Assembly (NCBI GenBank): GCA_018263365.1
Contig: JAANXI010000062.1
Location: 1-43,100, forward strand
Reading direction: 5' to 3'
Origin: Fidelibacterota bacterium
GTDB taxonomy: Bacteria; Fidelibacterota; JAANXI01
DNA: 43,100 bases
The translations under genes were made by a program, and so were the position numbers. A model generated the notes under the pieces. The model ran no database searches. It saw nothing but the letters and a program-made list of their open reading frames with translations, and was not told the DNA's origin. Shown in pieces: positions 15,596 through 23,186 of the stretch. Position 1 is the first letter of the stretch; each line of letters opens with the position of its first letter.

Positions 15596-16700
15596 GGTCC
15601 TGTTCAAGATGTTCTATTTGTATCACAAGGCAGCGTATGATCCTCTGATTGACGTGTTTGAGGAGGATGATCGGTTTGACGTATATCTTTCACTCTCACA
15701 TGAACTGGTACGCCGGTTTTTCATCTTTGAAATTGACAAGACCAAACCGTACCTGGAGCAGTTCAAGCGGGAAGGCCACCAGATCACCTACGAGGAAGAG
15801 CACTTCGATGTGGTCATTTGCCCTGATACTGTGAATGAAAAGAAATACGGCAAAACTATGCTGTGCCTTGTACATCACGGTATGGGACTCAAAACCGTAC
15901 TCTTCCGGAATCTGAAGAAGCACAACTCCCATCATTACAATATTCTGGTGGAAGGGCAGTACCGGGTAGAGACATTGCAGGAATCCGGGGTCTTGAACGG
16001 GTCGGAAGTGCACAAGGTTGGACTTCCGAAGCTGGACCCGCTCTTCTGGGACGGTCATTACGACCGGGAGGAGATACTAAACAACCTGGGACTGGATCCG
16101 GCCAAAAAGACTGTGCTCTTCGCCCCAACATATAAGCCGACCTGCATCTATGATGTAAAGGACGCCATCTTCGAGGAGACCGCCGCCTATAACCTGATTG
16201 TCAAAATCCACCACTACGCTTGGATGGGCAAGTTTGCCCGCCACAGCCAGCACCGGGTGATCCAGCGCCGGATCAGGAAGTACGAACACGCGGTGCTGAT
16301 CCCGAAGGAGACTTACAATATTATCCCGCTGATGTACGCTGCCGATACGCTGGTGGCCGAAGCTTCCAGCACGGTCTACAATTTTCTGGCCACCGGGAAG
16401 ATCGGCGTAATTTACGACCTAGATCACGATAACCTGCGTCATTCGGACGGCCAGCATATCCTCAATATCGATAACCGGGAATTTCTCAAAGACGCGTACG
16501 TTCACGTCTCCTCGCCAGAGGAACTGGCGGACGGCATTACTCGGGCGCTGCATCCCACGCCGGAGATGCAGCAGGCCGCTGACAAACAACGGGAATACTA
16601 TTACTATAAACCGGACGGAAAATCGTCACTTCGCACCCGGGAAAAGATTTACGACCTGTACCAGGAAGGCGGGCATCTGAATGATCCGGACAATGTCTAA
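15582..16700 (+). CDS. Second TagB/TagF-family (CDP-glycerol glycerophosphotransferase-like) phospho-alcohol transferase
   Basis: 372 aa. KTVLFAPTYKP and ADTLVAEASSTVYNFLATGKIGVIYD correspond to the LYAPT and DYSS blocks. It overlaps the upstream glycosyltransferase by 14 nt; an alternative ATG at 15609 is possible. Confidence 0.7.
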   Translation: MPQIKVLFKMFYLYHKAAYDPLIDVFEEDDRFDVYLSLSHELVRRFFIFEIDKTKPYLEQFKREGHQITYEEEHFDVVICPDTVNEKKYGKTMLCLVHHGMGLKTVLFRNLKKHNSHHYNILVEGQYRVETLQESGVLNGSEVHKVGLPKLDPLFWDGHYDREEILNNLGLDPAKKTVLFAPTYKPTCIYDVKDAIFEETAAYNLIVKIHHYAWMGKFARHSQHRVIQRRIRKYEHAVLIPKETYNIIPLMYAADTLVAEASSTVYNFLATGKIGVIYDLDHDNLRHSDGQHILNIDNREFLKDAYVHVSSPEELADGITRALHPTPEMQQAADKQREYYYYKPDGKSSLRTREKIYDLYQEGGHLNDPDNV

Positions 16701-16723
16701 TCGCAGCGTATAACTAGTATCCC

Positions 16724-17497
16724 ATGGTCTATAAGCCGCTGGATGGTCTCAACCTGACCAACGATCAAATTGCCAAATTGTCTGCCCGGGATTGGGTGCT
16801 TGAACACGCTGCGTACATTTATAAAGATCACACCAACCTGGTGGCAAAACTGGATTATCCCATTGAGAATGCACCGAATAAGTATGTCATCAAGCTGTTT
16901 GGCTGGCGCAATACACTCTCTAAAATTTTGAGTCCGGTGATGCGGTCCCGGGCAAAAAAGTCTTGGGATACTGCGCATTTTCTCCTGTCCAATGATATCC
17001 CAACACCCGCACCGCTCGCTGTGTATACTTCCAGACGCTACGGATTCGTGCGCAAAAATTTTTACCTCTGCGAATGTATCAACGATTTTAATTCAGCACG
17101 AGCTGTTTTGCGTCGGTTGGATACGCCGGAGCCGGAAAAGGCGAAATTGGTAAAAATCATTGCAAAGATAGTCCGACGGATGCACAAGGCGAATTTTGTG
17201 CACAATGATCTGACGCTGGCCAATTTCCTGGTGGAAAAAATTCAGCCGGATAGAGTCTACCTCGTGGACCTGAACCGGGGAGTGCACTACTGTTATCTCA
17301 GGAATTACCGGCGTATCATGGATGTGGCCAAAATGGACCTGTGCAGCTGCGATTTCACGGAATCACATTCCGGATGTTACCGGGACCAGTTTCTCCGACA
17401 GTATAGAGATGATTACGAGCGGGATCGCCGGTTACTCCGGATGGCACTCCAGCGGAAAGGGTGGAAAAAACGTTGGAAGAACCGGATACGAAAGTAG
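16724..17497 (+). CDS. Lipopolysaccharide kinase (Kdo/WaaP/InaA family) protein
   Basis: 257 aa. YVIKLFGWRN (ATP-Lys region) and MHKANFVHNDLTLANFLV....VYLVDLNRG (catalytic loop H-x-D-L-x-x-x-N plus a DxN/D metal loop), typical of PF06293-type LPS kinases. Confidence 0.7.
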   Translation: MVYKPLDGLNLTNDQIAKLSARDWVLEHAAYIYKDHTNLVAKLDYPIENAPNKYVIKLFGWRNTLSKILSPVMRSRAKKSWDTAHFLLSNDIPTPAPLAVYTSRRYGFVRKNFYLCECINDFNSARAVLRRLDTPEPEKAKLVKIIAKIVRRMHKANFVHNDLTLANFLVEKIQPDRVYLVDLNRGVHYCYLRNYRRIMDVAKMDLCSCDFTESHSGCYRDQFLRQYRDDYERDRRLLRMALQRKGWKKRWKNRIRK

Positions 17498-18112
17498 TTA
17501 TTCGGGCTCAAGCAGCAGAATCGTTTGGGCGTGAATACCCGGCAGGATTTTTTTCGAGTCCAGGATGTTCAGGCCAGCCTCGTTGACTTCTTTCTGGATT
17601 TGATTATCATCAGCCATGGTAATTTTGTGATGGTCCCGGAAAAAGCGCATGAGCTTATGGGCAGCTGATGTAGTGTAGACAGAGACAACAGCCCAGTCCG
17701 AAATCACCCGCCGAATTTCTGAAAAGGCCTGAATCCGGGCTTCCGGCGTATGAAAATGCTGAATGAGTCGCATGGAGAGTAATCCGTGGAAAGCGGCAGC
17801 CTTGAACGGAAGTTGCATAATATTGGCGTTGGCGAACCGGGGCTGTGCACCAAATCGCTCGCGAACCCGAAGCAACATATTCATGCTCAAATCGGCAACA
17901 ACAACATTCATGGGATGGTCCAATAACATTGCGGTAAACCGGCCATAGCCGCACGGTAAATCGATGACGTTATCGTTAACTGCATATATTTCATCGACGA
18001 AGTTTCGGACTATCCGATACTCGCGGTTATGGACAATCCGCTGATCTAAGCCCTTATATCGCTTGCCCTCGTATCGCCGAATTCCCGCCAACTGATCATT
18101 TTTCGCTGCCAT
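17498..18112 (-). CDS. Class I SAM-dependent methyltransferase
   Basis: 204 aa. Motif I VIDLPCGYGRFTAMLL, then VVADLSMNML and IMQLPF. Its stop codon abuts the stop codon of the convergent kinase gene (17495-17500). Confidence 0.75.
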   Translation of the reverse strand: MAAKNDQLAGIRRYEGKRYKGLDQRIVHNREYRIVRNFVDEIYAVNDNVIDLPCGYGRFTAMLLDHPMNVVVADLSMNMLLRVRERFGAQPRFANANIMQLPFKAAAFHGLLSMRLIQHFHTPEARIQAFSEIRRVISDWAVVSVYTTSAAHKLMRFFRDHHKITMADDNQIQKEVNEAGLNILDSKKILPGIHAQTILLLEPE

Positions 18113-18200
18113 AGCGCAAAAAGTAAGCTTTTTCCGCTCACACTACAAACAGAAGACAGCCTTAATAGAAATATTTTCAGAATTTCACTGCGAATCACGC

Positions 18201-18229
18201 TTGGTGTTTCAAAATTTATAACATATAAT
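18201..18229 (+). promoter_or_regulatory. Candidate sigma70-type promoter TTGGTG-N17-TATAAT for the DUF3108 gene (would give a near-leaderless mRNA)
   Basis: TTGGTG at 18201-18206, a 17-nt spacer, TATAAT at 18224-18229, and the ATG at 18238 only 8 nt further on. Pattern match only. FCB-group promoters may use a different consensus. Confidence 0.25.
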
Positions 18230-18237
18230 TGCAGCCT

Positions 18238-18960
18238 ATGCAAAGATTCTCTTTACTCTTGCTGGTATGTGTTATCTGGGCTTTTACTCCGGCACACGGA
18301 CAAGATTTCCATATCGGGGAAAAACTGACGTTTGCCCTGAATTACGGTATCATCAATGCCGGGTCTTCTACCATGGAAGTGGAGGCACTGGATACCGTGC
18401 ATAGTCACATCACCTATCGGCTGCGGTCGCGAACCCGATCGAACAATTTTGTTGATACCTTTTACAAAGTCCGGGATAAACTTACCAGCTGGATCGATAC
18501 GTCTACTTATGCCACTGTCCGGTTCGAAAAATCACTAAACGAAGGCAAATACGAAAAGGATTACGACGTTTGGTTTGATTACCGAAGGATGAAGGCCTTT
18601 TCCAATAACGATACTACTGACATTGAAACGTACATGCAGGATGTGCTCTCACTGTTTTACTATATCCGGTCGCTGCAAATGAGTGTCGGGGATACTATCA
18701 GGATGTCAAACTTCGATAATGATAAAATATCGCCGTTTCTTCTGCGGGTTACCGGCACCGGCAAAGTGAAAGTGCCGGCCGGAAAGTTTCACTGTTATGT
18801 GGTTGAGCCGTTTGTCGAATCCGATTTTTTGTTTAAGTACAAAGGCCGGTTACAGATTTGGCTGACCAAAGATGAGCGAAAAGTCCCGGTGCTGATGAAG
18901 AGCGAAGCCACAATCGGATCGATGATTTTAAAGTTGACCGATTATAAGGCGGGAAAATAG
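18238..18960 (+). CDS. Secreted DUF3108-like protein
   Basis: 240 aa from the ATG at 18238. Signal peptide MQRFSLLLLVCVIWAFTPAHGQ. GEKLTFALNYGIINAGSSTMEV, FYKVRDKLTSWID, DVLSLFYYIRS and LQIWLTKDERKVPV resemble the DUF3108 architecture, as recalled from memory. Confidence 0.6.
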   Translation: MQRFSLLLLVCVIWAFTPAHGQDFHIGEKLTFALNYGIINAGSSTMEVEALDTVHSHITYRLRSRTRSNNFVDTFYKVRDKLTSWIDTSTYATVRFEKSLNEGKYEKDYDVWFDYRRMKAFSNNDTTDIETYMQDVLSLFYYIRSLQMSVGDTIRMSNFDNDKISPFLLRVTGTGKVKVPAGKFHCYVVEPFVESDFLFKYKGRLQIWLTKDERKVPVLMKSEATIGSMILKLTDYKAGK

Positions 18961-19014
18961 TAGTACAGATTTAACTGTTGTTGGAGAGTGCGCTTCCAAG
19001 CATTGATTAAATTC

Positions 19015-19054
19015 GTGTTACGGTGTTAAAGTGTTCGGGTGTTCAAGTAACGGC
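19015..19054. repeat. (GTGTTNNN)5 tandem array: gtgttacg gtgttaaa gtgttcgg gtgttcaa gtaacggc
   Basis: Seen directly, 55 nt after the DUF3108 stop. Positions 19023-19051 are the inverted partner (28/29) of 10944-10972. Confidence 0.8.
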
Positions 19055-19073
19055 ACTCTGCCATATTTTTTCC

Positions 19074-19103
19074 TAATCTTAATCATAATCTTATTCTTAC
19101 TCG
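19074..19103. repeat. 5 x 6-nt degenerate tandem repeat (taatct taatca taatct tattct tactcg)
   Basis: Seen directly, immediately after the 8-mer array. Confidence 0.65.
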
Positions 19104-19275
19104 CTTTTTCCAAACACCGTTTCTCTATTCAGCTCTGGTGGGCTTCACTCGAAATGACAGTGCGAAAGAAAGGTAAATTAGCTGAACCATTTTAAGGAAG
19201 AAAAGCGAGTGGAAGGATCTCTGTTACTCGGCACGATAGTGTAACAACTTAAGATTCTATTGATTACGCCAACAC

Positions 19276-19317
19276 ATAAAAATAAGACCCTTTCGGGGTT
19301 CAAACCCTGAAAGGGTC
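19276..19317 (-). terminator. Rho-independent terminator of the rseP-terminated minus-strand array
   Basis: 13-bp stem: gaccctttcgggg (19286-19298) pairs with ccctgaaagggtc (19305-19317), with one G-U and loop ttcaaa. On the minus strand it is followed by TTATTTTTAT. It lies 32 nt downstream of the rseP stop. Confidence 0.75.
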
Positions 19318-19348
19318 AATTAAGTAAGAGTCGTTGATACTAGGTAAC

Positions 19349-20410
19349 CTACAACAACCGCAGAATATCGTTATAAATCACAAAGACCATCAACGTCAAC
19401 AGCAATGCCATACCGATCTGCTGCACGATCATGCGTGTTTTCACGCTGAGCGGTTCACCTTTGGCGCCCTCAATCAACGTAATGACCAGATGTCCGCCGT
19501 CCAGTGCAGGGACAGGCAGAATATTCAGAAACCCGATATTAATGCTGATAATCGCCACCAGATTCAGCAAATCAAGAAGGCCGCTTCGGGCGGAATCGCC
19601 TGCAAGTTTGGCAATGAAAATTGGGCCGCCGATAGACTTCATCGATTCCTGGCCAGTAACCAGCATTTTCAAAGAGACCACGGTCACTTTCCCCCAATAC
19701 CACATCTGTGAGATGCCGGAACCAAACGATTCGAAGACGCCGGCATTTCGGTAAGTCACCTCGGGGGCGATACCTATCAATCCGATCTCCTTGAGCTCCC
19801 CGTCAATCATCTGTTTATCAACTTTGGTTGTCACGGACGCGGATTTGGTATCACCGTCGCTTGTCCACGTAACACTGATTTCGGTATTGGGCAGATTGTG
19901 AATAATTTTGGTCAGGTCTTCCCAGGTATCCACTGATTTATTGTTGATCGAAACAATTCGATCTCCGGCAGTCATGCCTGCTTCTGCCGCCGGATAGTCC
20001 GGCATTACCTGCTCGACCACCGTGGTGTTCGAACTCTCCGGAATGCCCATGAAAAAGGTAATTATAGCAAACAGCACGGCTGCCAGGATGAAGTTCATCA
20101 GTACACCGGCTGTGAGGATAAATATCTTCTGGGGAACGCTTTTCGAGGCGAATTCCCACGGCTCGCCCTTGATCTCCTCATCCATATTTTCGTCCAGCAT
20201 ACCGGCCATCTTCACGTAGCCGCCCAGTGGAATAATTCCCAGACAATATTCTGTCTCCCCGGACTGTTTTTTGAAAAAGTGCGGCGGAAACCCGATAGAA
20301 AACCGGTCAACACGCACGCCGGACCATTTGGCTGCTAAGAAATGCCCCAGCTCGTGTACCAGGACAATAATACCCAGCGCAAAAATAATTGCTAATATAT
20401 TCGTTAACAT
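19349..20410 (-). CDS. rseP: RIP metalloprotease RseP (site-2 protease, M50 family, PDZ domain)
   Basis: 353 aa. VHELGHFLAAKWSGVRVDRFSIGFPP (HExxH), a central PDZ-like segment, and NILPVPALDGGH (the LDG motif). Confidence 0.9.
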   Translation of the reverse strand: MLTNILAIIFALGIIVLVHELGHFLAAKWSGVRVDRFSIGFPPHFFKKQSGETEYCLGIIPLGGYVKMAGMLDENMDEEIKGEPWEFASKSVPQKIFILTAGVLMNFILAAVLFAIITFFMGIPESSNTTVVEQVMPDYPAAEAGMTAGDRIVSINNKSVDTWEDLTKIIHNLPNTEISVTWTSDGDTKSASVTTKVDKQMIDGELKEIGLIGIAPEVTYRNAGVFESFGSGISQMWYWGKVTVVSLKMLVTGQESMKSIGGPIFIAKLAGDSARSGLLDLLNLVAIISINIGFLNILPVPALDGGHLVITLIEGAKGEPLSVKTRMIVQQIGMALLLTLMVFVIYNDILRLL

Positions 20411-20465
20411 AAAATTCCGTTCAATTCGCTTGCAGTTTATTGTAACCCGGATATCTTATCCGGAA

Positions 20466-21626
20466 TTAATCTAATTTAGGTTGCAAAAACTCCTTTGTCC
20501 ACCGTTCCGTTTCCAGGATATCGTCGAGTGCGGGGTCCTGAATTGATGCGTGGGCGTCCATCGCTGCTGACACTAACTCTGGTATCTCCGGAAACCGGAT
20601 TTGTTCCCGCAGAAAGGCGTAAACGGCGGTATCGTTTGCCACATTCAGCACAACCGGTAAAGTGCCGCCGTGTTTCAATGCGGTAAATGCCAATTCGAGG
20701 CATCGGAATTTATCATAGTCGGGCTTTTCAAACGTTAATTCTCCCAGCGAAGTAAGATCCAGCCGCTTCCAGTCCGCCGATGCGTGTTCGGGGTACAACA
20801 GCGCATACTGGATGGGTACTTTCATGTCCGGTACGCCGAGTTGCGCCTTTATAGAGCCGTCGACAAACTCGACCAGGGAATGGATGATCGACTGGGGATG
20901 CACCAGTATATTAATGCGCTGCAGCGGAAGATTGAACAGCCAGTGTGCTTCGATGACCTCGAAACCCTTGTTCATCATCGTGGCGGAATCGATGGTAATT
21001 TTATTACCCATGTCCCAGTTCGGATGGTTAAGCGCATCGTGGACGGTGATTTTAGAGAATTCCGACTTCGGCATATTGCGAAACGGGCCACCGGATGCGG
21101 TTAAAATAATGCGCCGGACTTCCTCGAGTTTCTCACCGGCGAGACATTGCCAGATTGCGCTGTGTTCACTGTCCACCGGATTGAGCGCTGCCGAATGTTC
21201 CTCCATTAGCCGCCGAATGAGATCGCCGGCCATCACTAAACTTTCCTTGTTCGAGAGGGCAACGTCAATGCCGGATTCCACAGCCTGAATGGTTGGTTCC
21301 ATGCCTGGCACGCCCACGATAGCGTTCAGCAGGAGCGTGGCGTCATCTCTGGAGGCAAGTTCAAGTAAGCCGATTCTGCCTGCCGTCACCTGAATGCTTT
21401 CCGGGGCCAATGCGGATTTCACTTCGTCGAGTTTCGATTCGTCGCCAATATTGACAATTCGCGGATGAAACCGACGTGCCTGTTCAATCAGCCGTTCCGC
21501 GTTTGAATGCGCAGACAGCCCGACAATCGAAAATCGCTCCCGATGAGCCTCGACAACCCGGAGCGCATTCTCGCCAATCGAACCGGTGCTGCCGAGAATG
21601 GTCAGAAGTTTGATGGGAGACTCCAT
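20466..21626 (-). CDS. dxr: 1-deoxy-D-xylulose-5-phosphate reductoisomerase
   Basis: LTILGSTGSIGENALRV NADPH-binding start, LNAIVG, DSEHSAIWQCL and NKGFEVIEAHWLF blocks. The start is placed at the ATG at 21626 (MESPIKLLTILGSTGSIG). The track's longer version (to 21698) adds 24 non-conserved residues and overlaps the upstream gene further. Confidence 0.9.
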   Translation of the reverse strand: MESPIKLLTILGSTGSIGENALRVVEAHRERFSIVGLSAHSNAERLIEQARRFHPRIVNIGDESKLDEVKSALAPESIQVTAGRIGLLELASRDDATLLLNAIVGVPGMEPTIQAVESGIDVALSNKESLVMAGDLIRRLMEEHSAALNPVDSEHSAIWQCLAGEKLEEVRRIILTASGGPFRNMPKSEFSKITVHDALNHPNWDMGNKITIDSATMMNKGFEVIEAHWLFNLPLQRINILVHPQSIIHSLVEFVDGSIKAQLGVPDMKVPIQYALLYPEHASADWKRLDLTSLGELTFEKPDYDKFRCLELAFTALKHGGTLPVVLNVANDTAVYAFLREQIRFPEIPELVSAAMDAHASIQDPALDDILETERWTKEFLQPKLD

Positions 21627-22378
21627 CCAATGGTGGCGTTGACGTTCCAGATATTCGGTGTGTAGCGCAGGGTCAGGCCTCCGGAAAGTCGGTTCCATTC
21701 ACGAATCACCGCAAATCCTGTATGGATTACTCGTTTTTCGAATTTTCCATCATGGGCAGTGCCAATTGCCTGGTTTGTGCTGACATCCACTTTGCCGGAA
21801 ATATAACTGGCTGTCAAGTCGATCCGGTAGGTCAAGCGAGGGCGGAACCAGCCGTATTGTAGCGAAAAATCCAATGTCTTTGCAAAGAAGGGATCGGCAT
21901 CGGCCAGTTTCTGCAGCATTACACCGAACGCCAGAGCGTGGAGACTGTCCGTACCGACTGCGGAACGGAACCGTGCGCCGTATCCGTTGAGTACGACTGC
22001 GCGATTGTCAACAGGGAGTGCATTATACCTGAACAGTAACTGCAGGTTTGATGTCAGATCGCCCATAACTGTAAAAACGCCCAGGCTGGTAAACCCATTG
22101 GTTGGATTGTTGTCATACCGGCCCTCCGTAAAGGTGTACCCCCCGGACTGTTGATAGAAAATCCGGATGCGCGGAAATTCCCTGTCCTGCTGAAAGACAA
22201 AGCCAGGGATGTTCCCGATATCGACGCCGATATGGTTGGCAAACCGTTCCAAATCATCGGATATCCGTAACGAATCACTGCCGGAAAAGTCAATGGGAAG
22301 CAGGTATTGTGCGGACAGCGGGGCAGACCAGAGTACCAGCACGGAACTAAGTGCGAGAATTATCCTTTTCAGAAACAT
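21602..22378 (-). CDS. Hypothetical outer-membrane beta-barrel protein
   Basis: 258 aa. Signal peptide MFLKRIILALSSVLVLWSAPLSAQ, alternating-hydrophobicity strands rich in Y/G/T, and a C-terminal ...GWSLPSNF ending in Phe, as in many OMP beta-signals. No family was recognised. Confidence 0.55.
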   Translation of the reverse strand: MFLKRIILALSSVLVLWSAPLSAQYLLPIDFSGSDSLRISDDLERFANHIGVDIGNIPGFVFQQDREFPRIRIFYQQSGGYTFTEGRYDNNPTNGFTSLGVFTVMGDLTSNLQLLFRYNALPVDNRAVVLNGYGARFRSAVGTDSLHALAFGVMLQKLADADPFFAKTLDFSLQYGWFRPRLTYRIDLTASYISGKVDVSTNQAIGTAHDGKFEKRVIHTGFAVIREWNRLSGGLTLRYTPNIWNVNATIGWSLPSNF

Positions 22379-23186
22379 GGCGTTCTAATATACGGTATTT
22401 TTCCCGGCGATGTCGAATGCTTTGAAGCTCGTCATCGGTGAACGGTTCGGTATTGAATGTGCAATGAAATGTCTCCGCAAATCCTTCCTGAATTGCACGG
22501 CACAGTGGAGCCAATGCTACTGAATCGTCGGAATGCCGGGACAGTTCGGTTGTTTTCTGCTTAAACTGCTGGGCGATATCCTCTTGTTGTTCAGCTGTAT
22601 AATGCATGTATTGAATCAGGCTCTGGTGCTCCGACCCAATCAGAATTGACCCGTGCTGCAGCACAGTATGCTGGAATTTTCGCTGGGCGCTGCCGACCAC
22701 CTTTTTGCCGTCGATTTGCAGCTCGTACTTCGCCGAGGTTGAAAAACAAGCATCTGCATCCGCATCGTTGGAATAGTGCTGCCGAAGATCCGCTTTCCGA
22801 GAATTCAGTTTGACCTCGTATCCCAAAGATCGGAGCCCGCCGGAGATAGCGAAACTGATTCGGTTATGAATATCATGCACACCGCCCCTGGCGATGGGTG
22901 ATTTCCGGGGAATTACCACAGCATACGTGAGTTCCTCGGCGTGCAAAATGGCCCGGCCGCCTGTGGGGCGTCGCACGACATCGAGGTTTTTCTGAGTCCG
23001 ACATAACTCCATATTAATGGATGCGGTTTTTTGGTGAAACCCCAGTGAGATGGCGTGTGGATCCCAGCGATAAAAACGGAGGACAGGTTGCTCTGTCATC
23101 TGCTCTGCCAGAAAGCCATCGGCTGCCATGTGGAAAGAGCCGGATTCAGTGAGGAGGGGGATATAACGCCAGCGGACAGCGCTCAT
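22347..23186 (-). CDS. Lipoate-protein ligase / octanoyltransferase family protein (LplA/LipM-like catalytic domain only)
   Basis: 279 aa. VVRRPTGGRAILHAEELTY (the RRxTGGGAV-H motif) and KKVVGSAQRKF (catalytic Lys block). TAATG overlap with the lpxA stop and a 32-nt overlap with the downstream OMP gene. Confidence 0.75.
   Translation of the reverse strand: MSAVRWRYIPLLTESGSFHMAADGFLAEQMTEQPVLRFYRWDPHAISLGFHQKTASINMELCRTQKNLDVVRRPTGGRAILHAEELTYAVVIPRKSPIARGGVHDIHNRISFAISGGLRSLGYEVKLNSRKADLRQHYSNDADADACFSTSAKYELQIDGKKVVGSAQRKFQHTVLQHGSILIGSEHQSLIQYMHYTAEQQEDIAQQFKQKTTELSRHSDDSVALAPLCRAIQEGFAETFHCTFNTEPFTDDELQSIRHRREKYRILERHVSEKDNSRT

Noticed and set aside
7585-19054. CRISPR array interpretation of the short tandem repeats
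   Set aside because: Units are only 6-10 nt, degenerate, and contiguous without spacers. There are no cas genes. This is not a CRISPR.
19286-19317. tRNA-like T-arm (GGGGTTCAAACCC)
   Set aside because: The sequence is the apex of a perfect 13-bp terminator hairpin. No acceptor, D or anticodon arms can be drawn around it.
1-19348. Calling the accessory island a mobile element or genomic island with defined ends
   Set aside because: No integrase, transposase, tRNA attachment site or direct-repeat att pair is visible. Base composition looks similar to the core part by eye. Only the internal 29-nt inverted pair is reported.
21627-21698. 24-residue N-terminal extension of dxr
   Set aside because: It is not part of the conserved Dxr fold, which starts at the GSTGSIG Rossmann motif, and it increases the overlap with the upstream OMP gene. 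The ATG at 21626 is preferred.
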